DNA of 63,680 bases, counting the filler. It is 5 parts of 5 records of this genome, joined end to end, with 100 filler letters (N's around TTAATTAATTAA, not from the genome) between each part and the next. Parts side by side here need not be neighbours in the genome. Positions count along the whole stretch, not along the records: positions 23,861 to 49,543 come from SRR31147125_1776; positions 49,644 to 58,298 come from SRR31147125_1779; 3 more parts are not named here. One strand, written 5' to 3'. Of the stretch, positions 42,137-52,113 are shown piece by piece; position 1 is the first letter of the stretch, and every line of letters starts with the position of its first letter. Under the pieces are notes generated by a model, which saw only the letters and a list, made by a program, of their open reading frames with translations, had not been told where the DNA came from and did no database searches. The position numbers were made by a program, and so were the translations under genes.

Positions 42137-43924
42137 CTATTGATTTCCATTTTGACTCATGAAAATCTCATTAATTAAGCTGTCGTATTTTGTGTAAAGA
42201 ACTTTGCGTTTTAATTTAAGGGTTGGAGATAATGCACCACTTTGTGGTGTCCATTCGTCGCAAACAAGCCGGAATCGTTTAATCTGCTCTGTTTGTCCAA
42301 AGTTTTTGTTCATTTTGTTTACTTCAGTCTGGTAATTTTCTATTACCTCCGGAAGTTGACAAAGATCGTTGTTGTCCCTAAAATTAATATGGCGATGTGA
42401 TGCCCAATTGTGCAGGTAACTAAAATTAGGGGAGATAAGCGCACTTGCAAATTTTTGATTTTCGCCAATAACCATGATTTGTTCAATAAATAGTGATTCT
42501 TTGAACTTATTTTCAATGGCTTGTGGCGCGATGTATTTTCCTGATGATAGCTTAAAGATCTCTTTTTTGCGGTCGGTGATTTTTAGGTATTTGCCTTCAA
42601 CAAGTTCTCCGATATCACCTGTGTGGAACCAACCATCTTCATCTATTACTTCTTTGGTTAGTTCAGGGCTTTTGTAATATCCCTGCATTATGTTGGGGCC
42701 TTTTGCCAGTATCTCGCCATCTTCATCAATTTTGACGGAGACACCCTCAAAAATAGGACCTACTGTACCAACTTTTATTTCACCTGTTACAATATTGTTG
42801 GCTGCAATTACAGGAGATGTTTCTGTTAGTCCATAACCTTCCAGGGCATTTAATCCCGCTGCGCCAAACACCTTCGAAAGCCTGGGTTGCAATGCCGCTC
42901 CACCAATAATAATAAGTTGGGTGCAGCCGCCTAAAGCCTCCCTCCATTTCTTGAAAACAAGTTTGTCAGCAATTTTTAGTTTGAATCGGTACCACGGGCC
43001 ATTTGCATTATTGTATTCAAATTTAAGACCCAGATTTACTGCCCAGAAAAAAATGGATTTTTTAATGCCTGTTAACTCTTTACCTTTTCCAATTATTTTA
43101 TCGTATACACCTTCCAGTAATCGCGGCACTGAAATAAAAATATGCGGTTTTACTTCTTTTAGGTTGTTGGCAATGGTGCCCATGTTTTCAGCATAAAAAA
43201 TGCTTAATCCCAACGATTGGAAATGATAGTTAACCATTCTTTCAAAAATATGGCAAAGGGGCAGAAAGCTAAGTATTCTGTGAGCAGAGTTTAACCGGTG
43301 AATATTTTTTGCACCTTCGGCATTGCTTAGGATATTATTATGTGAAAGCATAACACCTTTAGGGAATCCGGTTGTGCCCGATGTATAAATAATGGTCGCT
43401 AAATCGTCTGGCTTAACACTTTTTTTAATTTTCTCCAGGTTGTATTCCAACTTATCTTTATTAGCTTTTCCAAGCTCAATAATTTCTTTCCAGTTTTTAC
43501 AATTTTCGCGATCATTAATAATATAAATATCTTGAATGGCCTCGGTTTCTTTAACTATGGGGGAAAGTTTGTCGTATAAACCCTTGTCAGAAACAATTAC
43601 CAATTTAGGTTCGCAATGATTTAGAATATATTTATAATCGTCGATGCTTATGGTAGGGTAAATAGGAACATTAATTATTCCTACTTGCTGCATGCCCATA
43701 TCAACAAAATTCCATTCGGGTCGGTTATTCGATATTAAGGCGATTTTATCTCCTTTCTTCAGTCCTAATTCTATTAAGCCGTAGCTAAAATAATTCGCAT
43801 AATCAACATAATCCTGGCTGGAATAATTGACCCACTCCCCATTTTCTTTTGCATTTAATGCATCCGATTTTTTGTAGTTTGTTTTGTGTAGTTCTAGAAT
43901 GTCAAAGATACGCGTTAGTCCCAT
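42137..43924 (-). CDS. fadD: long-chain fatty acid-CoA ligase
   Basis: IIYTSGTTGFPKGVML, EGYGLTETSP, GWFHTGDIG, ITDRKKE. Confidence 0.93.
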   Translation of the reverse strand: MGLTRIFDILELHKTNYKKSDALNAKENGEWVNYSSQDYVDYANYFSYGLIELGLKKGDKIALISNNRPEWNFVDMGMQQVGIINVPIYPTISIDDYKYILNHCEPKLVIVSDKGLYDKLSPIVKETEAIQDIYIINDRENCKNWKEIIELGKANKDKLEYNLEKIKKSVKPDDLATIIYTSGTTGFPKGVMLSHNNILSNAEGAKNIHRLNSAHRILSFLPLCHIFERMVNYHFQSLGLSIFYAENMGTIANNLKEVKPHIFISVPRLLEGVYDKIIGKGKELTGIKKSIFFWAVNLGLKFEYNNANGPWYRFKLKIADKLVFKKWREALGGCTQLIIIGGAALQPRLSKVFGAAGLNALEGYGLTETSPVIAANNIVTGEIKVGTVGPIFEGVSVKIDEDGEILAKGPNIMQGYYKSPELTKEVIDEDGWFHTGDIGELVEGKYLKITDRKKEIFKLSSGKYIAPQAIENKFKESLFIEQIMVIGENQKFASALISPNFSYLHNWASHRHINFRDNNDLCQLPEVIENYQTEVNKMNKNFGQTEQIKRFRLVCDEWTPQSGALSPTLKLKRKVLYTKYDSLINEIFMSQNGNQ

Positions 43925-44050
43925 GTTAGTTATTTTGAGTAAAAATAGGAAATATTAAGCTATAGGAGATAAGAATTTTTATCTGCATTATTTATAAATA
44001 GCAGTTTCTAATTATTTCAGTTCAAGATAAAAACCTAAAATTTTAATTAA

Positions 44051-46687
44051 CTAGTTTGCAAGTTCTGTTTGAAAATATTTAAGGGCTTTGCTAATTGCAC
44101 TATCCAGGCCATTTGGATTTTTGCCACCTGCTGTTGCATAAAATGGCTGTCCGCCGCCGCCACCTTGAATTTCTTTTGCAAATTCTCTAATTAATTGCCC
44201 TGCATTTAACTTTTTATCTTTTGCAAGGTTTTCAGAAATCATGATCGTGAGATTTGCTTTGCCATCTAATTCAGCACCAAGGATTAGGATAAGATTTTCA
44301 ATTTCATTTTTTAATTGGAATGAAATATCTTTTATAGAAGCAGCCGAATCAATTTCTACTTTCTCTGCTATAAAGTTGAATCCATTAATCTTGCTAACTG
44401 AATTCTTTAAATTGTTTTTTAAATTCTGTGCTTCTTTTTGACTAAATGATTCCAGCTTTTGTTTTAAGTCCAGGTTTTCAGTAATTAATCCTTGCAGTTT
44501 TTGGATTATCGTATCTGGTTTTGAACCTAAAAGTTCTTGTGCACTATTAACAATATCAATTTTGTTTAAAATGTAATCTTCGGCTTTTTCAGCCGTAATC
44601 GCTTCAATTCGTCTAATTCCCGCAGCAATAGAACTTTCTGTTGTTATTTTGAAAAGGCCGATATTCCCGGTTGATTCTACGTGGGTTCCTCCACATAGCT
44701 CAATAGAATCTCCAAATTTTATAACCCTTACTTTATCATCATATTTTTCGCCAAATAATGCCATTGCACCCATTTTTCGAGCTTCGTCAATAGGTGTTTC
44801 TGCAAATTCTTCCAATGTGCTATTCTTACGGATTAATTCATTAACAATTTTCTCAATTTTAAGAATTTCTTCGTCAGTTACTTTTTGGAAATGAGAAAAA
44901 TCAAAACGTAAATAATCAGGTCCAACAAGAGAACCTTTTTGTTCAACGTGTTCGCCAAGTACTTTTCTAAGGGCATAATGCAAAAGGTGTGTTGCTGTAT
45001 GATTGTTTGCTGTTTTATTTCTTTTGTCGTTAGAAACCACGGCACTTATCGGAGCCTTAATGTTTTTGGGCAGTTTCTCAGTTAAATGAACAATTAAATT
45101 ATTTTCTTTTAATGTATCTATAATACTTATTTTTTCTCCTTCAGATTCGATATAACCTTTATCACCAACCTGTCCTCCTGATTCGCCATAAAAAGGAGTT
45201 TTGTTGAATACTAGTTGGTACATTTCTTTTTTCTTGGTTTTAATTTTACGGTATCGGGCTATTTTTATAGCACTTTCCAGTTGGTTGTATCCAATAAATT
45301 CTTGTGTTTGACCTGGAAGAAGCTCGGTCCAATCTGATGTGTCTTTGGCAGAATCTTGCTTTGACCGTGATTTTTGAACTTCCATTTCTTTGGTGAAGCC
45401 TTCTATGTCGACACTGAAGTTCTTTTCCCTTAATATTAATTCCGTTAAATCAAGAGGGAATCCATATGTATCGTAAAGGACGAATGCATTTTTACCGTCA
45501 AGAACCGTAAGGTTTTGTTTTTTCTTTTCCTCAATTAGAGAATCTAATAATTTAATACCTGTTTCAAGTGTTCGGAGAAAAGATTGTTCTTCCTCTTTAA
45601 TTACTTTCTCAATTAATTCTTGTTGAGCTTCAAGTTCCGGATATGAACCTCCAAAACTATTAATTAGTGTAGGTATTAGTTTATGGATTGTTGGTTCGTT
45701 TAGTTCCAAATATGTGTAGAAATAACGAACTGCCCTTCTTAAAATTCTTCTTATAACATAACCTGCTTTGTTATTCGATGGCAATTGGCCATCAGCAATG
45801 GCAAAAGATACGGACCGCAGATGATCAGCTATAACCCGGTGTGCGATATCGATTTTTTCTTCATCTCCATATGGTTTGCCGGAAATATCAACAAGTTTTT
45901 GGATGATGGGCTGAAAAATATCGGTGTCGTAATTGGAGTCTTTGTCTTGAACTACCCGGCAAAGTCTTTCAAATCCCATACCTGTGTCAACATGTTTTTT
46001 GGGAAGAAGCTCAAGATTGCCATCAGCTTTACGGTTATATTGAATAAAAACCAAATTCCAGATTTCAATAACTCTTGGATTGTCTTTGTTAACAAGATCG
46101 CGACCTGGAACTTTTGCAATTTCATCATCAGGCCTAACATCGATATGGATTTCAGAACATGGTCCGCATGGTCCTGTTTCACCCATTTCCCAAAAATTGT
46201 CTTTTTTGTTTCCTTTTAAGATTCGTTCTTCGGGCAAGTATTTTTTCCAGAAATTGTATGCTTCTTCATCAAAGGCAACATTATCAGTTTTATCACCTTC
46301 AAATACGGTTGCATATAGCTTATCTTTAGGGATATCTAAAACGTTAACAAGAAAATCCCACGCATAGTCAATGGCTTCTTTTTTAAAATAATCGTTAAAA
46401 GACCAGTTGCCAAGCATTTCGAACATGGTATGGTGGTAGGTGTCGTGCCCAACCTCTTCCAAGTCGTTATGCTTTCCGGAAACCCTTAAACATTTTTGTG
46501 AATTTGCAACCCTGTCAAATTTGGGAGAGGTGTTTTCCAAGAAAATATCTTTAAATTGATTCATACCAGCATTCGTGAACATGAGTGTTGGGTCATCTTT
46601 AATTACCATAGGTGCAGATGGTACAATTTCATGTTTTTGCTTAGAAAAAAAATCAAAAAATGCTTGTCTAATTTTCTTTGAATCCAT
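44051..46687 (-). CDS. alaS: alanine-tRNA ligase
   Basis: DPTLMFTNAGMNQFK, HHTMFEMLGNWSF, DTGMGFER, editing HTATH...ELCGGTH, C-Ala GGGGG. Confidence 0.99.
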   Translation of the reverse strand: MDSKKIRQAFFDFFSKQKHEIVPSAPMVIKDDPTLMFTNAGMNQFKDIFLENTSPKFDRVANSQKCLRVSGKHNDLEEVGHDTYHHTMFEMLGNWSFNDYFKKEAIDYAWDFLVNVLDIPKDKLYATVFEGDKTDNVAFDEEAYNFWKKYLPEERILKGNKKDNFWEMGETGPCGPCSEIHIDVRPDDEIAKVPGRDLVNKDNPRVIEIWNLVFIQYNRKADGNLELLPKKHVDTGMGFERLCRVVQDKDSNYDTDIFQPIIQKLVDISGKPYGDEEKIDIAHRVIADHLRSVSFAIADGQLPSNNKAGYVIRRILRRAVRYFYTYLELNEPTIHKLIPTLINSFGGSYPELEAQQELIEKVIKEEEQSFLRTLETGIKLLDSLIEEKKKQNLTVLDGKNAFVLYDTYGFPLDLTELILREKNFSVDIEGFTKEMEVQKSRSKQDSAKDTSDWTELLPGQTQEFIGYNQLESAIKIARYRKIKTKKKEMYQLVFNKTPFYGESGGQVGDKGYIESEGEKISIIDTLKENNLIVHLTEKLPKNIKAPISAVVSNDKRNKTANNHTATHLLHYALRKVLGEHVEQKGSLVGPDYLRFDFSHFQKVTDEEILKIEKIVNELIRKNSTLEEFAETPIDEARKMGAMALFGEKYDDKVRVIKFGDSIELCGGTHVESTGNIGLFKITTESSIAAGIRRIEAITAEKAEDYILNKIDIVNSAQELLGSKPDTIIQKLQGLITENLDLKQKLESFSQKEAQNLKNNLKNSVSKINGFNFIAEKVEIDSAASIKDISFQLKNEIENLILILGAELDGKANLTIMISENLAKDKKLNAGQLIREFAKEIQGGGGGQPFYATAGGKNPNGLDSAISKALKYFQTELAN

Positions 46688-46748
46688 ATCTCTTAATTTA
46701 TACTTAATCTTTATTTAAAATTTATTTAAAAATCAGCGCGATTCTGAG

Positions 46749-46779
46749 TTTGTGTTTTTATTTTTTTTAACTAGATTTG
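46749..46779 (+). promoter_or_regulatory. Bacteroidota sigmaA promoter
   Basis: TTTG-N19-TAGATTTG (-33/-7 consensus TTTG / TAnnTTTG). Confidence 0.7.
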
Positions 46780-46826
46780 GCCTGCAATCAACGTTTTTTG
46801 GCCATTTATCTAATCTAATCGAACGT

Positions 46827-47819
46827 ATGTCAAAGATTTTTTATTCTTATGACAATAAAAAACTAGTGTTCATTCCAATGTCAAAAACATTGGCGGGCAA
46901 AATTAAAAGTCTTTTTTTAATTATTGCTATATGTGCATCTATTGGAATGCTATTTTTTCTAGCTACAAATAATTTGCTCCAGGAAACCATTAGTTCGTTG
47001 CATGAAAATAAAAAAAATGAAAACGTTGCAAAGTTCGATAAATTGGTAGAAGATATCGATTCAAAAAATGCAATTATAAACCAACTGCAAACAAATGATG
47101 ATAGAATATACCGGTCTATTCTAGAAATTTCCCCTCTTGATCCATCAATCAGGAATGCAGGTTTTGGTGGTAGTAATATATATTCAGAACTCAATGTTTA
47201 TGAAAATGGCGATTTGATTATTAACACCGCAAAAGAGGTTGATATTATAAATAGCAAATTGAATATACAACAAAGTTCATATCGAACATTATATGAGTTA
47301 GCTCTCACGAAAGATAAAAAAATTGACTGTACACCATCTATTCAACCAATTTCTGTTGGCGATTTTAAACGGATTAGCTGTAATTATGGATATCGTGTAG
47401 ATCCTTTTTTAGGATATGTGAAAATGCACCACGGAATTGATTTTTCAGGGCCTCGTGGTTGCCCGGTTTATTCAACAGGAGATGGAATAATCACCAGAAC
47501 CGATACTGTTTCAGGATATGGTATGATGGTCGAAGTAAATCATGGTTTTAATATTGTTACCAGATATGGTCATCTAGATAAAATTCATGTTGAAGAGGGG
47601 CAGCAGGTCTCTAAGGGTACTAAACTCGGAGATCTTGGAAATACAGGCCGTTCAACCGCACCACATCTTCATTACGAAGTAAGGGTTGATGGCAAGACAA
47701 AAAATCCACTACACTTTTTTTGTAACAATATCTCTGCAAATGAGTATAATAGAATGATTAAAGCGTTAAGTGAAAGAAGTGTAGAAAGATTTATTGGGAC
47801 TCATGAAGCGAAAGATTAA
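46827..47819 (+). CDS. M23 family metallopeptidase 1
   Basis: N-terminal TM, coiled coil, HHGIDF and PHLHYEV; start placed after the promoter. Confidence 0.92.
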   Translation: MSKIFYSYDNKKLVFIPMSKTLAGKIKSLFLIIAICASIGMLFFLATNNLLQETISSLHENKKNENVAKFDKLVEDIDSKNAIINQLQTNDDRIYRSILEISPLDPSIRNAGFGGSNIYSELNVYENGDLIINTAKEVDIINSKLNIQQSSYRTLYELALTKDKKIDCTPSIQPISVGDFKRISCNYGYRVDPFLGYVKMHHGIDFSGPRGCPVYSTGDGIITRTDTVSGYGMMVEVNHGFNIVTRYGHLDKIHVEEGQQVSKGTKLGDLGNTGRSTAPHLHYEVRVDGKTKNPLHFFCNNISANEYNRMIKALSERSVERFIGTHEAKD

Positions 47820-48777
47820 GTATAAATTTGATAGGAGCTCACTTACTTATGTTAAGGAAGACAACTCCTTACGAAATAAATTAATTAAAATATCTACGTA
47901 TATACTTGCCAGCCTTGTAGTGGCTGTTTTTTACCATATATTATTTAATGTCTTTTTCGATTCTCCAAAAGTTAAAGGATTAAAAAGAGAGAACGATCAG
48001 CTTGTTAGGCAATACGCCAAATTAAATGATCAACTTGATTTGGTTGACCAGGTATTAAATGATTTGCAGGAAAAAGACGACAATATTTACAGAACAATTT
48101 TTGAAGCAGAACCTATGCATAGTTCAATGCGAAAAGCTGGTTCTGGAGGCGTTGATAAATACGCCGAATTACAAAAAATGAATAATGCTGAGATTGTTGT
48201 TAACACAGCAAAAAAGTTAGATGAGATTTCAAAAAAAGCAAAGGTTCAATCATATTCATACGATGAAATTTTAAAAATTACAGACGAAAAAGAACCGATG
48301 CTAAAAAATATTCCAGCAATACAACCTATAGAAAATAGCGACTTATCAAGAACTGCTGCTGGTTGGGGAGTGCGCATGCACCCATTTTATAGAATCAGGA
48401 AGCTGCACGAAGGAATCGACTTCACAGCTCCAAAAGGTACCGAGATTATTGCCACAGGTAATGGCACAGTAGAAATTGTTGAAAAATCAAATAGAGGACA
48501 TGGTAATACAATTGTTATTAACCATGGTTATGGATATAAAACGTTATATGCTCACTTAGATGGCTTTAATGTACGAAAAGGCCAAAAAGTGAATAGGGGG
48601 GACGTTATTGGTTATGTAGGTAAAACAGGTTTGTCTACGGCTACTCATTTACATTACGAAGTACATTTAAACGGGAAAAAAGTAAATCCTGTTAATTACT
48701 TCTTCAATGAATTATCACCAGAGAAATTTCATGAACTGGTGGAAATTGCAATGAGGCCGGGGCAATCATTTGATTAA
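47803..48777 (+). CDS. M23 family metallopeptidase 2
   Basis: HEGIDF, YAHL, HLHYEV; overlaps the previous stop. Confidence 0.93.
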   Translation: MKRKIKYKFDRSSLTYVKEDNSLRNKLIKISTYILASLVVAVFYHILFNVFFDSPKVKGLKRENDQLVRQYAKLNDQLDLVDQVLNDLQEKDDNIYRTIFEAEPMHSSMRKAGSGGVDKYAELQKMNNAEIVVNTAKKLDEISKKAKVQSYSYDEILKITDEKEPMLKNIPAIQPIENSDLSRTAAGWGVRMHPFYRIRKLHEGIDFTAPKGTEIIATGNGTVEIVEKSNRGHGNTIVINHGYGYKTLYAHLDGFNVRKGQKVNRGDVIGYVGKTGLSTATHLHYEVHLNGKKVNPVNYFFNELSPEKFHELVEIAMRPGQSFD

Positions 48778-48788
48778 AAAACTTAAAA

Positions 48789-49543
48789 ATGGGCAAGACA
48801 AAATTTAGGTACGATGTTTCAAATTTAACTTTTGAAAAGGTAGAATATTCTAAAAAAGAGAAATTATCATTAGTTTCCAAGAATTTCTTGATTGTTTCAG
48901 TAATAGCAATAGCGCTTTTGTTGGTTGCCTCATCTTTTATTGAGTCTCCTACAGAAAAAAGACTTGCTGCTAAACAAAACGAATTAAAGTTTAAATACGA
49001 ACTTTTAGACAAGTCTCTTAATGAGTATAAAACTTCATTAGATAAAATTGCTTTCAACGATGATAAGGTTTATCGTGTTTATTTTGAAACAGAGCCTATT
49101 CCAGATAATGTTCGTAGTTCCGGTTTTGGTGGATCTAATAAATATGAACCATTGGAAGGATATACCAATTCAGACATCATGATTAAAGTGTCAAGGCAAA
49201 TGGATATGCTTGACAAACAATTACGTGTGCAAATGTTTTCATTTGATGACGTAATTGAAATGGCATTGAACAAAGAACAACACCTTGAGGCTCGTCCAGC
49301 AATTCAACCAATTTCATTAAACGAATTAAGACGGTTTGGTTCTAAGTTTGGAATGCGTAAACACCCCATACTTGGAATTAGAAGAATGCATGAAGGAATT
49401 GACTTAACAGCACCAAAAGGAACAAATATCCATGTTACTGCAAGCGGAACAGTTGTTTCTGCATCTTATACAACGGGTGGGTACGGAAAAAAGATTGTGG
49501 TTGACCACGGTTTTGGTTATAGAACGCTCTATGCACACTGCAG
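48789..49543 (+). CDS. M23 family metallopeptidase 3 (3' truncated by the contig end)
   Basis: PAIQPI, HEGIDL, DHGFGYRTLYAH. Confidence 0.9.
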
Positions 49544-49643
49544 NNNNNNNNNNNNNNNNNNNNNNNNNNNNNNNNNNNNNNNNNNNNTTAATTAATTAAN
49601 NNNNNNNNNNNNNNNNNNNNNNNNNNNNNNNNNNNNNNNNNNN
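49544..49643. other. artificial contig linker
   Basis: N44-TTAATTAATTAA-N44. Confidence 0.99.
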
Positions 49644-50004
49644 CACCGATCGTTCTGAACATTTCGGGATCAAACAGTTCGATGGAAATCGTTGGTTGAT
49701 ATCCCAGAGAACCGCAGATGAAGTCAGGCAACGGATGTCTGCCGAGCTGCGACTGGCACAGGTTCAGCCACGAGTCACCAATGATAAAATTAACGGATTC
49801 ATCATCCGTCGTCTCAAAAGGGCTTCTATCCTTAATAAACTTGGGTTGAAGCGTGGAGACGTTATCCTGAATATAAATGATATTCCCCTTGATGGTCCTG
49901 AGTCCGGCTTACAGGTTTTCCAGCAACTCCGCGAGGCGAGACAAATCAATCTTGCTGTAGAACGCAAAGGTGAGGCCATGACTTTTGCTTACGAGCTTAA
50001 CTAG
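49644..50004 (+). CDS. gspC: type II secretion protein GspC, C-terminal PDZ part (5' truncated)
   Basis: GF.I..L...S.L.KLGLKRGDVI..IN; directly upstream of the secretin. Confidence 0.8.
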
Positions 50005-50013
50005 GAGAGATTT

Positions 50014-52065
50014 TTGAAACTCTTTAAACTTTTCATTTTGTTGACCGTTTTATCAAGCTTTCTGGTCGGTCCTCTTTTAAACGCCGTTCATGCAGAAGAG
50101 CACACCGATGACTTGATATCACTTGATATCAAAGACATTGAACTGACAGAGTTGATTAAAACGATCAGCGAACTCACAGGAAAAAATTTCCTTTACGACA
50201 GTAAGGTGAAAGGCAAAGTGACGATCATCACGCCTGACGTGATGTCCCTGGATGAGATTTATCAACTCTTCTTAACGGTGTTGAATGTCAAGGGCTATAC
50301 GCTTGTTCCTTCGGGGAAGGTCAATAAAATCATCCCTCTCAGTGATGCCAGAAGAAATAACCTGCCTGTCAGGTCCACGGCGGCTGCCGTTTCTTCAGAG
50401 CAGTTTATTACGCGGCTGGTCCGTCTGGATTATCTCGATGTTGATACCGCAGCCAAATCAATTCTGGCCCCGCTGATGCCGGAAACAGGAAGTGTTATTG
50501 CCTACCCAAAAACAAATACGCTGATCTTAACGGAGAGCGCTGCAACCATAGAGCGGCTGGTTATTATTCTAAAGCAGCTTGATCTGCCCGATCTGGCCGG
50601 AGAAATGGTTTCTTTCCAGCTTAACCATGCTGACGTCAAAGAGGTCGCGACGATCTGTTCCGAACTGTTTTCTCAGCAGACAACAACGGCTAAAACAGTT
50701 AAAAACAGGAAGAGTAATATTTCTGTTTCCACCGCGGATATCAATAAATTTATCCCCTACGAGCGGACTAATACGCTGCTTGTGCTGACCGATTCCGAAG
50801 GTCTTGAAAAGGTCAGGCGTCTCATCAAACTATTGGATCGTGAAACAGCGACGGAAAAGTCGAATATCAACATTTACCGTCTTGAAAATGCGGATGCCGT
50901 AACGCTGGCTGAAACCCTGAACCAGATCATTTCAGGGATTAAAACAGAAACAAAAGGCCAGACGGATAAAGGGAAGACGACCAAAACGCCCTTTTCAACA
51001 GTCCCTGTAACTGTGACGGCAGACAAGTCGACAAATGCATTGGTTATCAATGCCCAGTACGAGGACTATAATGTTCTCAAGCGGATCATCAAGGAACTCG
51101 ATATCAAGAGGAAGCAGGTGTATGTCGAAGCGCTCATCCTCGAAGTTTCGATGGCCGCGACCCGTGATCTTGGCGCGTCTCTGCAGGGGGCGATAGATGT
51201 TGGAAGTGAAAGTGCAGTTTTTGGAACCAGCAATCTTAATAGCGGACCTGCCGGACTGGCTGATCTGATTGATGCGGGGACAGGAACTCCCAGCCTGCTT
51301 TCGCAAACGATCGATGGCATATTGCTGGGTGGGCTTTTTAATCCGATCACTATTACCGGACTGGATGGGGAAACGATGACCGTTCCGGCCATATCCGCAC
51401 TGATTGATATTTCGGAAAACAATGGTGACATCAATATCCTTTCTGCACCTCGCTTGCTGACGTCAGACAACAAAGAGGCAACCATTGTTGTTGGTTCCAA
51501 TGTCCCGATTATTACGGAGCGCCTAACAGACAGCAGCAGCCTTTCTCAGTCTGTTTCCGTTGAGCGTAAAGATGTGGCGTTGACACTCCGCTTTACCCCG
51601 CAGATCATCGAAGATAATCTGGTTCGGCTCGATATCTATCAGGAGATTACGGATCTTGCTTCAACCAGTGTCGGTGACGTTGATCAGGTTGGTCCCACGT
51701 TAACCAAAAGACTGATTCAGAATACTGTTCTCGCGCAAAGTAAAAACACGATCGTTCTGGGTGGCCTGATCGGCACAAATAATCAGGAAACCGTTTCAAA
51801 GGTACCGATCCTGGGGGACATCCCTGGAGTGGGCTGGCTGTTTAAACACAAAAGTGTGACAGAGCAGAAAACCAATCTCCTCATTTTTATTACTCCGAGC
51901 ATCATTAATGGCCCTGAGGATTTGCTCGAAATCACGTCGCGAAACAAGAATTCTGCAAAGCAGTTTATTCCTGAATCGTTAAAGGAGCCATTTGCCCGGC
52001 AAATCATATCCCCAGTAACGGAAGAGGAGGCAGAAATGCCGTCGCCTTCCCTGGAAGGAAATTAG
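50014..52065 (+). CDS. gspD: type II secretion secretin GspD
   Basis: ISELTGKNF...VKGKVTI, QVYVEALILEV, ILSAP.LLTSDN.EA.I.VG, KVPILGDIP.VGWLF. Confidence 0.96.
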   Translation: MKLFKLFILLTVLSSFLVGPLLNAVHAEEHTDDLISLDIKDIELTELIKTISELTGKNFLYDSKVKGKVTIITPDVMSLDEIYQLFLTVLNVKGYTLVPSGKVNKIIPLSDARRNNLPVRSTAAAVSSEQFITRLVRLDYLDVDTAAKSILAPLMPETGSVIAYPKTNTLILTESAATIERLVIILKQLDLPDLAGEMVSFQLNHADVKEVATICSELFSQQTTTAKTVKNRKSNISVSTADINKFIPYERTNTLLVLTDSEGLEKVRRLIKLLDRETATEKSNINIYRLENADAVTLAETLNQIISGIKTETKGQTDKGKTTKTPFSTVPVTVTADKSTNALVINAQYEDYNVLKRIIKELDIKRKQVYVEALILEVSMAATRDLGASLQGAIDVGSESAVFGTSNLNSGPAGLADLIDAGTGTPSLLSQTIDGILLGGLFNPITITGLDGETMTVPAISALIDISENNGDINILSAPRLLTSDNKEATIVVGSNVPIITERLTDSSSLSQSVSVERKDVALTLRFTPQIIEDNLVRLDIYQEITDLASTSVGDVDQVGPTLTKRLIQNTVLAQSKNTIVLGGLIGTNNQETVSKVPILGDIPGVGWLFKHKSVTEQKTNLLIFITPSIINGPEDLLEITSRNKNSAKQFIPESLKEPFARQIISPVTEEEAEMPSPSLEGN

Positions 52066-52113
52066 GGTGTTTACCGGTCTATTGGTGCTGGACCAGAGTG
52101 ATGGAGTTCTACT

